The notes: generated from the letters alone by a model not told the origin. Numbered from the stretch's first letter, positions 10,002 to 20,479 are shown. The stretch is 64,000 nt of DNA from Bacteroidales bacterium (GCA_024400635.1 JAKSMI010000001.1:193534-257533); one strand, 5' to 3'. A program made the numbers and translations.

Positions 10002-10466
10002 CTATTCCCATCTGCATTTCGGATGGGACCACTGACCGTGATTCTTCGTGTTGTTGCCAAATTGGATGGCGAAGGATGGGCATTGGTGGAGGCAGCCGAG
10101 GCAGAAATTGCAATGTGGATGAATCCAAACGGGTTGGCCATTTTGCATTTCGATAGCTTTGTCGGGGCATTGTTCGGCACATTTGCCGCAACCCACACAA
10201 GCAGCGGAAACGGAAAATTTAGAAGTATTTTGTTTTTGGTAAGCCGCGTAAGTCGCCTTAGAGAAAATGCGCCAAAAGCCCTTTCGCTTGTCGAAATCGC
10301 CATCCGTGTAGGCCGTTATTTTTGCGATGATGTCGTCTATAACGGGTTCGGCCGCTTCCACGATTCGCAGGTTTTTGGCCGTGTTGCTCAGGTCGAACAT
10401 CGGGGTCCAGGTGTCGGGCAGGACAAGCGCAAACGAAGCGTTGGTTTGGATGCCCTTGGCGGCCAT
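10002..10466 (-). pseudogene. 5'-truncated flavodoxin/4Fe-4S ferredoxin (EFR1-like) gene fragment
   Basis: Only the C-terminal part is present, with two Cys clusters (CVGCGKCAEQCP and CNFCLGCLHQCP). The N-terminal flavodoxin-like part is absent. An in-frame TAG lies 5 codons upstream of the first Met. Confidence 0.55.
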
Positions 10467-10506
10467 TTCCTTACGACACTATTCGTCATTTTCCCTATTT
10501 TGATGA

Positions 10507-10816
10507 TTAGTCCCTAAGGCAACGAACACTAAGCCCGAGGCTCTTATTGTTGTCGTCCCTGGACACGTAGTCGTTGTCGTTGCCCAAGACACGACAGTAT
10601 GCGTAGTAGCTATAGTCCTGGGTAGCCGACCAAAAGTTCGCGTTGTTGCCAAAAAATTGTTTCTTGCCAACTTTTTGTAAGATTGGTGATGATTACCTTG
10701 TTAAGTTGGCAATAGCGGTTATTGGCATCACGCCCGGTGAAGGTCAACGTCACCGTCTGGCCGAAAATTGTCATAATTGATAACAATAATACAAATGCAA
10801 GTGAAAATTTTTTCAC
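10507..10816 (-). pseudogene. Frameshifted, internally deleted remnant of a Fibrobacter-succinogenes-major-paralogous-domain (FISUMP) type secreted protein
   Basis: Frame 1 holds a signal peptide plus TVTLTFTGRDANNRYCQLNKVIITNLTKSWQETIF, then stops at 10610. The +1 frame continues GNNANFWSATQDYSYYAYCRVLGNDNDYVSRDDNNKSLGLSVRCLRD*. That is the typical C-terminal end (SVRCL.D) of the FISUMP domain. Confidence 0.55.
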
Positions 10817-10853
10817 AAGTTTGAATTTTGATACTTATTCACAAAATGTAAAA

Positions 10854-12260
10854 TCACCTCACAAACTCATACGCCCCAATATCGGGAATGTCAGAGCGGA
10901 AGTTGCCATCAAGGTCGTAGGATACCCCGATACTGCTTTTGCCTCGGTTAATGGCATGCGACAAGGAACCTAAATGATAATCATTGCCACTCACATGCAC
11001 AAAATCCGGATCACCAGTGGCGCAATTAACGAAATGCTCGTCATTCAGACTGGATTTAATCAAGCAATTTTCAAAGGTATAATTAAAGGAAGCGGCATCC
11101 TTCTTCTGCACAATAATTTCTTCTCCGGAACTAAGATTTCCATAGATGATGCAGTTGGTAAACGAAGTCTGCGTTGGTAAAGGCAAACCATAAAGCATCG
11201 TAAAGTTGCTTACATACACGGCAGGATTCTGGCGTGCCGGTGCCGTGTTGAAATAGTTTCCCACCGTGACATGCTTGAAATCATACTCACCACCTTCGAG
11301 TTGCAAACTACAGCTTCCATTGTTGGCAATCACACAGTTGGTAACCTCAATGCATGAATAACGTGATAAGATACCACTATTATAGGTGTTTTTAATAATG
11401 GTATTCGTGATGACATTTCGGTTGCCTGTCACGGTAATTTCATCAAAGCCGCCCCAGGGTTCGATTTGCAATCCGACAAACGCATTGGAAATAATGGCGT
11501 GGTCAATGGTATTCTCGGCACTGCCTTCCATAATCCAAATACGGTCCCACTGGTTGCAGTCGCCATCGTACTGCGGTTCCAAACGGTCACCTCGGAATAT
11601 CACAGGCTGCGATTGACTACCATTGACATGAATATTGCCGTATCGCCAAACCCACAAACCAGAATTCTTGTGAAAATACACGCGCACACCTGGATCTATA
11701 TTAAGTGTTCCCATGGAATCGACGACAGCATATCCGCCCATGACAACGTAGGGTTTGTCATTATGCCAAGTTACGGTTTCGCCCTCAGCCGCCACCACCT
11801 TGAAGGTTCCATTTTCAACGACAATAAAATGGGCATCCTGGCCGTATGCCGTCAGCCGCACTTGCTGGTCAATCTTATTATTTCTAAAAACGATAGAATC
11901 ACATACCAAAAACGGCTGGTTCTGATTCCCCGGATTAATGGTGACCTTCGCAAAGACAAAAATGCTGTCTCTTGCTGGTATAACAACATTATCTTGCTGA
12001 TTACCAGCAACTCCATTAACATTCAGACTAAAATAAGAAGACGTTCCACCACCCAAATACACACTGACTTTAACATCTTCTGAAGAAGGATTATAAACAG
12101 TGAAATAACGTGTAGTAGAACCAAGCGTGGTAAAAACAGTATCAAAAGTGATGGAAGTTGTGGAAAAACGCAAAGGGACATCTTCAGTAAGATCAGGCTT
12201 TTTGCAAGCATAAAATACTGTGATAAAAATTAGAAGAAATACAATTCCGATTTTTTTCAT
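10854..12260 (-). CDS. Lipoprotein with an Ig-like N-terminal domain and a right-handed beta-helix (choice-of-anchor-Q-like C-terminus)
   Basis: Lipoprotein signal ending FYAC. Repetitive beta-helix-like segments. C-terminal GNDYHL...DLDGNFR...PDIGAYEF motif. Confidence 0.6.
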   Translation of the reverse strand: MKKIGIVFLLIFITVFYACKKPDLTEDVPLRFSTTSITFDTVFTTLGSTTRYFTVYNPSSEDVKVSVYLGGGTSSYFSLNVNGVAGNQQDNVVIPARDSIFVFAKVTINPGNQNQPFLVCDSIVFRNNKIDQQVRLTAYGQDAHFIVVENGTFKVVAAEGETVTWHNDKPYVVMGGYAVVDSMGTLNIDPGVRVYFHKNSGLWVWRYGNIHVNGSQSQPVIFRGDRLEPQYDGDCNQWDRIWIMEGSAENTIDHAIISNAFVGLQIEPWGGFDEITVTGNRNVITNTIIKNTYNSGILSRYSCIEVTNCVIANNGSCSLQLEGGEYDFKHVTVGNYFNTAPARQNPAVYVSNFTMLYGLPLPTQTSFTNCIIYGNLSSGEEIIVQKKDAASFNYTFENCLIKSSLNDEHFVNCATGDPDFVHVSGNDYHLGSLSHAINRGKSSIGVSYDLDGNFRSDIPDIGAYEFVR

Positions 12261-12331
12261 TTTTCTTTACGTTCTTCCTTAAAATTTAATTTTCTGTAAA
12301 TACGCACGAGCTCGCATATCTCCATAACATC

Positions 12332-13165
12332 TTATTTTATTAGTTTTTCCGAATATCTCACTTCCTCAAGGAAAAGTGCGTGGGCAGGGGCCGAGTCTCC
12401 TGCTTTACAACGATTTTTCTGCAAAATTATTGCCTGAAAATCCTCTATGGTCAACTTACCACGCCCCACCTGCAACAAAGTTCCCACAATCGCCCGCACC
12501 ATATTGCGCAAAAAGCGATTCGCCGTAATGGTGAAAACCAGCTGTCCATTGACCTTTTCCCACTTTGCATAGGTAACTTTACATCGCATGTTATTCACCT
12601 GTGTATGGACCTTGGAAAAACTTGTAAAATCCTCATTTTGTAAAAGAAGCGAAGCCGCCTCGTTCATCTTCTCCACATCCAAAGAGACGAAAACACGATA
12701 AGCGTAGGGAAAATTAAATGCATCTTTTTGAATATCAACATAATAACGATAAGTTCTATCAATAGCATCAAAACGAGCATGCGCATCATCAGCCACTGGG
12801 AAAATATCATAAACCACAATTTCCTTCGGAAGAAAACTATTCAACTTTTGGATAAAATCCTTCCTTGAATCTGCTGTTTTCAGAGGATTATTCTTAGACT
12901 TCAAGTTGTCTTCCGAATTGACATCTTCAGGATTCTCACTGGATTCAAAATCAAAATGAGCCATAAAATCACGGGCGTGGACACCGGTGTCGGTTCGACC
13001 GCAACCGGTAATGGCTATGCGTTGTCTGGGTTCATTGCCATTGCCGCCACATAACATCAGCGACAATGATTTTTCGAGCACTTCCTGCACACTGACATCC
13101 TTCGGCTGCATTTGCCAACCGAAAAACGGAGTTCCATTGAATGCCAATCGCATAAAATAGCGCAT
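12332..13165 (-). CDS. truA: tRNA pseudouridine(38-40) synthase
   Basis: Catalytic motif GCGRTDTGVHA and overall TruA-like order. It contains an extra acidic, low-complexity insert. Confidence 0.9.
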   Translation of the reverse strand: MRYFMRLAFNGTPFFGWQMQPKDVSVQEVLEKSLSLMLCGGNGNEPRQRIAITGCGRTDTGVHARDFMAHFDFESSENPEDVNSEDNLKSKNNPLKTADSRKDFIQKLNSFLPKEIVVYDIFPVADDAHARFDAIDRTYRYYVDIQKDAFNFPYAYRVFVSLDVEKMNEAASLLLQNEDFTSFSKVHTQVNNMRCKVTYAKWEKVNGQLVFTITANRFLRNMVRAIVGTLLQVGRGKLTIEDFQAIILQKNRCKAGDSAPAHALFLEEVRYSEKLIK

Positions 13166-13166
13166 A

Positions 13167-14042
13167 CTATCGCAGATTCTTTAATTTTTCAACAACAACG
13201 GGACGGTCTTCCTTGTACGTGACACCAAACCACTGTGAATCCGTAACCAGGACTTCAATTTCTGCCGTTTTATTATTCAAAAAGTGATTGATAACCGTCG
13301 GAATTTGAAACTCTGATTTAGGATTGTCATTATTTTTCCGCAAAAATTCAACGAATAACTCATTCAGACACTGGAAAAAGAAAGGCGTAAATCCCCAGAA
13401 ATTCATTGAAACCACCGTATTTTCATCCAAATGGGTAATTGTTCCGTCATCACCAAGATTCTGAATGCCGTTGTCCGTGCGACTGATTTTTGTCATTTCT
13501 GTAATTGAAGTCAGATGATGATTGGAATCGGCAACACAAACGCCACGCGAAACCGAGCCGTTTTCCGACAGGGTATTTTTCAGTTGATAACCAACCATGG
13601 CAAAATTTCTTTTAGACTGGCAATCAGCTTTTTGCAAAAAATCCGACATAACCTGAAAACTATTCCTGCCATAAAAATCATCGGCATTGATAACGGTAAA
13701 AGGTTCGTAGATAGCATCTTTAGCCACGAGGATGGCGTGTGCGGTCCCGTATGGTTTTACGCGTTCCGGATTGACCGAAAAGCCCGCGGGAAGAGTATCA
13801 AGTTCCTGAAACACATATTCACACGCGATTTTATCGCAATATTTGCTCAGGATAAACTCTTTAAAATCCGCTTCCATACTTTTGCGGATGACGAAAACCA
13901 CTTTCCCGTAGCCCGCCTCAATGGCATATTTCACGGAATAATCCATAATGGTTTCTCCATTGGGTCCGAGATGGTCAAGCTGTTTCAGTCCCCCATAGCG
14001 GCTACCCATACCTGCCGCGAGTATCAAAAGAGTAGGTTTCAT
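13167..14042 (-). CDS. Sugar-phosphate nucleotidyltransferase family protein
   Basis: N-terminal LAAGMGSRYGGLKQ nucleotide-binding motif of GT-A nucleotidyltransferases. Confidence 0.7.
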   Translation of the reverse strand: MKPTLLILAAGMGSRYGGLKQLDHLGPNGETIMDYSVKYAIEAGYGKVVFVIRKSMEADFKEFILSKYCDKIACEYVFQELDTLPAGFSVNPERVKPYGTAHAILVAKDAIYEPFTVINADDFYGRNSFQVMSDFLQKADCQSKRNFAMVGYQLKNTLSENGSVSRGVCVADSNHHLTSITEMTKISRTDNGIQNLGDDGTITHLDENTVVSMNFWGFTPFFFQCLNELFVEFLRKNNDNPKSEFQIPTVINHFLNNKTAEIEVLVTDSQWFGVTYKEDRPVVVEKLKNLR

Positions 14043-14053
14043 TGTTGTATTTT

Positions 14054-14638
14054 TTAATTTTCAGTTTTTGTATTTGCCTGATTCATTGCTTTTTCGATGC
14101 CAATAGTAATAAAAGTAATGATAGCATCCACAGCTTTTTCGATTCCCGCATCAATGGCTGGACGTTCAGCGGATTCGAATTTTCCCAAAACATAATCCAC
14201 CTGATAACCTTGAGCGTAATTCTTTCCTATGCCAAAACGAAGGCGCGGAAAATTCTGATGACCAAGTAGTTCAATTATATTACCAAGGCCATTGTGCGAA
14301 CCGCCACCGCCTTTGGGTTTCATTTTCAATTCTGCAACGGGCAAATCAATATCATCAGAAACGACCATAATACTGTCGGCAGGTATTTTTTCCTGTCCCA
14401 TCCAGTATTTCACCGCCTTCCCACTGAGATTCATATAGGTGGTAGGAAGAATAAGTATCAGCTGGCGGCCTTTATGACGAACTTTGGCAACGTAGGCCAA
14501 CTTTCCGGTTTCAAAAGTCGCATCAAGCCGTTTAGCCAAAGCACTAACAACCTCAAAACCAATATTATGTCGGGTTCCGGCATATTTAGCTTCGGCATTG
14601 CCTAAACCCACAATCAGGAATTTTCTATTATCATCCAT
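14054..14638 (-). CDS. pth: Peptidyl-tRNA hydrolase
   Basis: LIVGLGNAEAKYAGTRHNIGF N-terminal motif. Full-length Pth-like. Confidence 0.95.
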   Translation of the reverse strand: MDDNRKFLIVGLGNAEAKYAGTRHNIGFEVVSALAKRLDATFETGKLAYVAKVRHKGRQLILILPTTYMNLSGKAVKYWMGQEKIPADSIMVVSDDIDLPVAELKMKPKGGGGSHNGLGNIIELLGHQNFPRLRFGIGKNYAQGYQVDYVLGKFESAERPAIDAGIEKAVDAIITFITIGIEKAMNQANTKTEN

Positions 14639-14659
14639 TTCAAATTGAAAATAAAAAAA

Positions 14660-15235
14660 CTATTCTTGGTCTTCTTTTTTTGAATCTTCGGTTTCAGTCA
14701 TATTTACCAAGAAAGAGAAATTGACTTTACCATATTTTCTATGCTGGTAAAACTGGGGATGTTGCGAGAAATCATGGTCTTTTGAATGCTCTATAATCAA
14801 CCAGCCGTCTGGTTTCAAAAGTTTGTTATTGAAAACATTATCCACAATTTGTCCGATATTTTCAAGGTCATATGGAGGATCGGCAAAGATGATATCAAAC
14901 TGCTGTCGGCAGCGCTGTGTAAAGAGGAAAGCGTCGGCCTTGACGACCGACACCTGAGAGCCATAACCCAGTTTGTCAACGGTTCGACGAATGAAGTCGG
15001 TACAAGCTTGATAGCTATCGACGGAAGTCACCGACAAAGCCTCGCGGGAAGCGAATTCATAGGTCAGGTTTCCCGTGCCTGCGAAAAGATCGAGGACGGT
15101 GACACGGTCGAAGTAGAAATAATTATTCAGAATATTGAAAAGGCTTTCCTTAGCCATATCAGTCGTAGGGCGGACTGGCAAGTTATTCGGTGCCGTAATC
15201 TGGCGGCCTCTATTCTTTCCACTGATGATTCTCAT
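14660..15235 (-). CDS. rsmD: 16S rRNA (guanine966-N2)-methyltransferase
   Basis: SAM-binding LDLFAGTGN and FADPPY motif. About 190 aa, as expected for RsmD. Confidence 0.85.
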   Translation of the reverse strand: MRIISGKNRGRQITAPNNLPVRPTTDMAKESLFNILNNYFYFDRVTVLDLFAGTGNLTYEFASREALSVTSVDSYQACTDFIRRTVDKLGYGSQVSVVKADAFLFTQRCRQQFDIIFADPPYDLENIGQIVDNVFNNKLLKPDGWLIIEHSKDHDFSQHPQFYQHRKYGKVNFSFLVNMTETEDSKKEDQE

Positions 15236-15236
15236 A

Positions 15237-15920
15237 TTAATCGTTCCAAGAATAAGGTGTTACATATTTTTTCACCAACGATTTCAGTGCCGGAAATGGA
15301 TTCTGCGGATAAATGCGCATTTCGCTTGAATCGACGGCATATTGTTGTCTTATATTAATAATATGGTATAAGGCATCCTCAGGTTTCATATAATTGATTC
15401 TGTTGACAAAGAGAATAGTCTTTTTATCTTCAATATAAAAATCCAAGAAAGTATCATAGACAAACACAGCCGTAATGGAAGCATCTTGATTTTCAGAGCG
15501 TAAACCACGGATGAGCAATGACCAATAGTTTTCGAAAATCAGCTTGGCAGGAATTCTTTCCAGCGCATTATTTTCATTTTTACTGATGAAGGATAAAAAC
15601 TTATAAGCATCCACATCTTGGTTAAAAGTCTGGCTCAAGTCAGCGATATCAGACTGAAGGTCAATAAATTTCTCTGCATTTTCAGGAAGGTAAAGTTCGT
15701 CGGGGACAATGACGGGAGCATTGTTGGCGAGCACCACGGCCACATCAGTATTTTCTGCCGATGACAGCTGAAAGAAGTCAATAGCATGGACGGAAAGGAT
15801 GTCGCCGTCGGCATAAGAGAAAGACTTGCGACGCAAGGAGCCGGTTCCATCAACAAGACAAAATCCATTTGGGTAGAGCCAAATGGATTTGTCGTATGGT
15901 AATAATTTAAATAGGTTCAT
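15237..15920 (-). CDS. DUF3822-like protein
   Basis: The size, the position next to rsmD and the N-terminal LYPNGFCLVDG segment resemble DUF3822 proteins of Bacteroidota. Confidence 0.5.
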   Translation of the reverse strand: MNLFKLLPYDKSIWLYPNGFCLVDGTGSLRRKSFSYADGDILSVHAIDFFQLSSAENTDVAVVLANNAPVIVPDELYLPENAEKFIDLQSDIADLSQTFNQDVDAYKFLSFISKNENNALERIPAKLIFENYWSLLIRGLRSENQDASITAVFVYDTFLDFYIEDKKTILFVNRINYMKPEDALYHIINIRQQYAVDSSEMRIYPQNPFPALKSLVKKYVTPYSWND

Positions 15921-15921
15921 A

Positions 15922-16599
15922 TTATTCCCAGTTACCGGTGGTGACAGCTTCTGTCAAAGAACCCATCACCATATCCTTATATTGTTCACGGTATTGAGTT
16001 TCTTCAGAAAGGCCACCATAGAAAATCTTATTCATAAATTTCACAAAAGCGTTAGAGTTCGGGGGAGTGATGGCTTCTTCCATATTGTAAAGGATGTCAT
16101 CCAAGGGAACGACAATCATATAAACAGGGATTTCGTAGGTCTTACTAGCGATAGAAGCTGTTTGGATATTGAATTTAGGGCCATTTACGCCAAGAACATA
16201 CTGTAAGTTGTCGAAATTTTCGATTTTACGAGAAGCGTCTGTTTCCATCACTTTCTCCTTAGCAGTGATTTCTACCGTTTCCTTATGGAGCAAGCCAGCG
16301 GCAAGAGCATCTTTTTCGGACATGCCTTCCGGAATATCACCAACATTCTTAATAATGCTAACCATACCGTTTTCAGAGAAATCAGCAAGGCTGTCAGCAT
16401 CTGACAAATAAGCTTTGTATTCATTTTTGTAAACAGCCTGCAGGTCGCGGATAGTAATCAGTTTTTCCTTGATTACTTCACAGCGCTGGTTGTAAACCGA
16501 TCTGAACTTTTCAGGTCTCAAAATGCTTCTCATAACCATAATAGCAAGAACGATGATGACAAGCACCAATACAATTTTGAAGAGAGTTTTAGCTTTCAT
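15922..16599 (-). CDS. Hypothetical protein with an N-terminal membrane anchor
   Basis: Long ORF with a single N-terminal TM helix (FKIVLVLVIIVLAIMVM). It is the first gene of the compact minus-strand block 12332-16599. Confidence 0.5.
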   Translation of the reverse strand: MKAKTLFKIVLVLVIIVLAIMVMRSILRPEKFRSVYNQRCEVIKEKLITIRDLQAVYKNEYKAYLSDADSLADFSENGMVSIIKNVGDIPEGMSEKDALAAGLLHKETVEITAKEKVMETDASRKIENFDNLQYVLGVNGPKFNIQTASIASKTYEIPVYMIVVPLDDILYNMEEAITPPNSNAFVKFMNKIFYGGLSEETQYREQYKDMVMGSLTEAVTTGNWE

Positions 16600-16791
16600 A
16601 TCTTATTATTTATTCAATTAATCATTTTCAAAAATCGCTTGCAAAAATAAGAAAAAAAACGCAACATAGAACAAATAATCGGCAATTTTACGTAACATTC
16701 TTGATTACAATTATTTACAAAATAAAAGAACGTCTAAATCATTGAAATAAAAAAAATTAGCGAAAGGATGAAAATGATAAATTTTTTTTTG

Positions 16792-16799
16792 TATTTTTG
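16792..16799 (+). promoter_or_regulatory. -7 box TATTTTTG upstream of rpsL
   Basis: Consensus TAnnTTTG 60 nt upstream of the rpsL start, followed by a small CCCCAA/TTGGGG hairpin at 16803-16817 in the leader. Confidence 0.5.
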
Positions 16800-16858
16800 C
16801 AACCCCAAAAATTGGGGAAATTTATAAACAAACAACAAGGTTAAATTAAATTAATTGT

Positions 16859-17242
16859 ATGCCGACAATTCAGCAATTAGTAAGAAAAGGAAGAAAAAAA
16901 TTGACTTCACAGAGCAAGTCAAGAGCGTTAGACGCTTGTCCGCAGAAACGCGGTGTATGTTTGAGAGTTTACACAACAACTCCTAAGAAACCTAACTCAG
17001 CTATGCGTAAGGTAGCGAGAGTACGTATGACCAACGGAAAAGAAGTGAATGCTTACATTCCGGGCGAAGGCCACAATTTGCAGGAACACTCTATCGTATT
17101 GGTAAGAGGTGGTCGTGTGAAAGACCTTCCAGGTGTAAGATATCACATTGTTCGTGGTGCATTGGACTCTGCAGGAGTAGAAGGTCGTTTGCAAGGTAGA
17201 TCAAAATACGGTGCAAAACGTCCAAAAAAGAAAGCAAACTAA
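16859..17242 (+). CDS. rpsL: 30S ribosomal protein S12
   Basis: [12 protein letters not shown]... and [14 protein letters not shown]. Full-length S12. Confidence 0.98.
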   Translation: MPTIQQLVRKGRKKLTSQSKSRALDACPQKRGVCLRVYTTTPKKPNSAMRKVARVRMTNGKEVNAYIPGEGHNLQEHSIVLVRGGRVKDLPGVRYHIVRGALDSAGVEGRLQGRSKYGAKRPKKKAN

Positions 17243-17313
17243 CAAACAGACAGTAAATTGAGCACTAAAATGGGTGTCTCGAGAGTAAATAACAAAATTA
17301 TTGAAGTTACATT

Positions 17314-17781
17314 ATGAGAAAAGCGAAACCAAAAAAACGGATTATCCTTCCCGATCCGAAGTACAATGATGTAGTAGTAACCAAATTCGTGAACAACATC
17401 ATGCTCAAGGGAAAAAAATCAACAGCTTTTGAAATTTTCTACGAAGCTATTGATATCATTGCAGAAAAAACAAACGAAAACGGCATTGAAGTTTGGAAAC
17501 AAGCATTGGCCAACGTTACTCCTTCTTTGGAAGTAAAGAGTAGACGTATTGGTGGTGCAACCTTCCAGATCCCTACAGAATTGCGTCCTGAAAGAAAGCA
17601 ATCCGTAGGTATGAAGAATTTAATCTTGTTCGCCCGCAAACGTCACGAAAAGACGATGGCGATGAAATTGGCCTCTGAAATCATGCAAGCATACAAAGAA
17701 GAAGGTGCTGCATTCAAGCGTAAAGAGGATATCCACAGAATGGCAGAAGCCAACAAGGCATTCTCTCATTTCAGATTCTAA
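17314..17781 (+). CDS. rpsG: 30S ribosomal protein S7
   Basis: Full-length S7-like sequence ([19 protein letters not shown] end). Confidence 0.97.
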   Translation: MRKAKPKKRIILPDPKYNDVVVTKFVNNIMLKGKKSTAFEIFYEAIDIIAEKTNENGIEVWKQALANVTPSLEVKSRRIGGATFQIPTELRPERKQSVGMKNLILFARKRHEKTMAMKLASEIMQAYKEEGAAFKRKEDIHRMAEANKAFSHFRF

Positions 17782-17841
17782 ACCGCCCCACCCCCATCAT
17801 GAGGGAAAGGCTAATAAATATCCAAGGGTAATAGGGAATAT

Positions 17842-19938
17842 ATGTCTGAAGATCTATCGAAAATCAGAAACATTGGTATCATGGCGCACATTGACGCCGG
17901 CAAGACCACCACAACCGAAAGGATTCTCTATTACACTGGGAAAAGCTACAAAATCGGCGAAGTCGATGAAGGTACCGCCACCATGGACTGGATGGTGCAG
18001 GAACAAGAGAGAGGCATCACCATTACCAGCGCGGCGACAACGGTTTCTTGGAAGTATCGTGAACAAGACTACAAAATCAACATCATCGACACCCCAGGTC
18101 ACGTTGACTTCACCGTTGAAGTAGAACGTTCTTTGAGAATATTAGACGGAGCCGTAGCCATCTTTTGTGCCGTCGGCGGCGTTGAACCCCAGTCCGAAAC
18201 CGTATGGAAGCAGGCAAACAAATACAATGTCGCCCGCATCTGTTATGTCAACAAAATGGATCGTATGGGTGCTAACTTTTATGCCGTCGTCGATCAAATC
18301 AAAGATAAACTTGGAGCCAATCCACTCGTTCTCCAACTGCCTATCGGCAGCGAAGAGGATTTCGTAGGCATTGTCGACCTTATCGAAAACAAAGCTTACA
18401 CCTGGAACGAGGAAGACCAGGGTTCAACCTATGAGGAATGTGCCATCCCCGACGACATGCTCGCCGAGGTGGAAGATTACCGCAACCGGCTTTTGGAAAG
18501 CGTTGCCGAACTCGACGACCAGCTGATGGAAAAGTTCTTTGACGATCCTGACAGCTTAAGCGAAGAGGAAATCATCAACGCCATCCGGAAAGCCACCATT
18601 GAAAGTAAATTCAATCCGGTTTTGTGCGGATCTTCATTCAAGAACAAAGGTGTTCAGCGTCTGATTGATGCCATCATCAATTACCTGCCCTCCCCCCTTG
18701 ACATGCCCGACATCATTGGGACGAATCCCAAAACCGAACAGGAAGAAAGCCGCAAAACCGATGACAAAGAGCCATTCTCGGCATTAGCTTTCAAAATTGC
18801 CATCGATCCATACGTCGGCAAACTCACGTTCATCAAAGTTTATTCTGGCACATTAAAGACTGGCGACATGATTTTCAACGTCTCGACAGGCAAGCGCGAA
18901 CGCGTTTCGAAAATCCTGCTGATGCACTCCAACAAGCAGCAGCAACTCGAAAGCATTGGTGCCGGCAACATCGTCGCCCTCGTCGGAATGAAGGAAATCA
19001 GAACTGGCGATAGCCTCAGCGAAGAGAAGCATCCCATCCTGCTCGAAAATATCGATTTCCCTGATCCCGTCATCCAGATTGCCATCGAACCTAAAACAAA
19101 AGACGATGAAGACAAACTGATGCAGGCTCTCGGAAAGCTGGCTGAAGAAGACCCGACTTTCGTTGTTACAGTTTCGGAAGAATCAGGTCAGACTCTAATC
19201 AGTGGCATGGGCGAGTTGCATTTGGACATACTTCTCGACCGACTGAAACGCGAATTCAACGTTGCCTGCAATCACGGTAAGCCCCGCGTAACTTACAAAG
19301 AAGCCATCCGCGACTTTGTCAAGCACCACGAGACGTACAAACGCCAAACAGGAGGCAAGGGTTCTTTCGCCGAATTGGAATTCCAAATCAGTCCGAGTAA
19401 TGAGGACAAGAAGGGGCTGATTTTTGAAAGTCAGGTTAAAGGCGGTGTGATTCCCAAAGATTACATAGCCGGCGCTGAAAAGGGTTTCAAGATTGCAATG
19501 ACCAACGGGAAATACGGTTTCCCATTGGAAGCACTGACGGTTTCTGTACTCGACGGAAGCACGCATACGGTAGATTCCGATGCGATGGCCTTCGAAGTCT
19601 GTGCAAAGATCGGTTTTCGCGAAGCCATTAAAAACGTTGAGACCGCAATACTTGAACCGATTATGAAGGTGGAAATCACAACCCCCGACGAATACATCGG
19701 CAACGTAACCAGCGACCTCAACCGCCGCCGCTCCATTTTGGAACAAATCGACGCAAAAGTCGGTTACCAAGTAATTAAAGCACAGGTGCCTCTGGCGGAA
19801 ATGTTCGGCTATGTAACCACATTGCGCTCCATTAGTTCCGGTCGGGCAAACTACAGCATGGAATTTCTGAAATACGCCGAAGTCCCCGCCGATGTCAAAG
19901 AATATATCCTGAATGTTGGGAGATATGCATTACTATAA
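17842..19938 (+). CDS. fusA: Elongation factor G
   Basis: GTPase motifs [17 protein letters not shown] and NKMD. About 700 aa, sited between rpsG and rpsJ. Confidence 0.97.
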   Translation: MSEDLSKIRNIGIMAHIDAGKTTTTERILYYTGKSYKIGEVDEGTATMDWMVQEQERGITITSAATTVSWKYREQDYKINIIDTPGHVDFTVEVERSLRILDGAVAIFCAVGGVEPQSETVWKQANKYNVARICYVNKMDRMGANFYAVVDQIKDKLGANPLVLQLPIGSEEDFVGIVDLIENKAYTWNEEDQGSTYEECAIPDDMLAEVEDYRNRLLESVAELDDQLMEKFFDDPDSLSEEEIINAIRKATIESKFNPVLCGSSFKNKGVQRLIDAIINYLPSPLDMPDIIGTNPKTEQEESRKTDDKEPFSALAFKIAIDPYVGKLTFIKVYSGTLKTGDMIFNVSTGKRERVSKILLMHSNKQQQLESIGAGNIVALVGMKEIRTGDSLSEEKHPILLENIDFPDPVIQIAIEPKTKDDEDKLMQALGKLAEEDPTFVVTVSEESGQTLISGMGELHLDILLDRLKREFNVACNHGKPRVTYKEAIRDFVKHHETYKRQTGGKGSFAELEFQISPSNEDKKGLIFESQVKGGVIPKDYIAGAEKGFKIAMTNGKYGFPLEALTVSVLDGSTHTVDSDAMAFEVCAKIGFREAIKNVETAILEPIMKVEITTPDEYIGNVTSDLNRRRSILEQIDAKVGYQVIKAQVPLAEMFGYVTTLRSISSGRANYSMEFLKYAEVPADVKEYILNVGRYALL

Positions 19939-20001
19939 TGATTAGAATCAATCATATACAATAAATCAATTCAAAAAAATAACCAATAAAAACAAACAAA
20001 C

Positions 20002-20316
20002 GTGAGTCACAGAATTAGAATCAAACTGAAGTCATTCGACCACACTTTGGTTGACAAATCTGCAGAAAAGATTGTGAAAACAATCAATGCAGTAAAGGAT
20101 GACAAAGTTGTCGTTGTGGGGCCTATTCCACTTCCGACACACAAAAAGATCTTCACTGTAAACCGTTCAACGTTCGTAAACAAAAAATCAAGAGAACAAT
20201 TTGAACTCTCGACCTACAAAAGATTGTTGGACATTTACGGTACAACCTCCAAAACCATCGATGCTTTGATGAAGTTGGAATTGCCCAGCGGCGTTGATGT
20301 TGAAATCAAAGTGTGA
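20002..20316 (+). CDS. rpsJ: 30S ribosomal protein S10 (GTG start)
   Basis: [21 protein letters not shown] ... [16 protein letters not shown]. There is no in-frame ATG, so the start is GTG at 20002. Confidence 0.95.
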   Translation: MSHRIRIKLKSFDHTLVDKSAEKIVKTINAVKDDKVVVVGPIPLPTHKKIFTVNRSTFVNKKSREQFELSTYKRLLDIYGTTSKTIDALMKLELPSGVDVEIKV

Positions 20317-20351
20317 TGTTATTAACGACATTGCACAACATTACATTCATA

Positions 20352-20385
20352 AAAATCGTCTTACGCAAGTTTGACGATTTTTTTT
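20352..20385 (+). terminator. Rho-independent terminator after rpsJ
   Basis: AAAATCGTC ... GACGATTTT stem followed by a T-run, 36 nt after the rpsJ stop. Confidence 0.6.
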
Positions 20386-20479
20386 GTTTTTTGCTTATCA
20401 ACACTTGACCTTAACAAAGAAAAAATCTTAAAAAAAAGTTATAAAGCGATTTTTGTTTCCAATTTAAAAATAATATTCG

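Noticed and set aside
9714-10517. 267-aa plus-strand ORF
   Set aside because: It lies antisense to the gene remnants at 9855-10466 and runs through the gltX promoter region. It has no recognisable motif and a biased composition, so it is most likely a shadow ORF.
10479-10670. 63-aa minus-strand ORF rich in Thr
   Set aside because: It is the third frame across the FISUMP-like remnant. It has low complexity and no motif.
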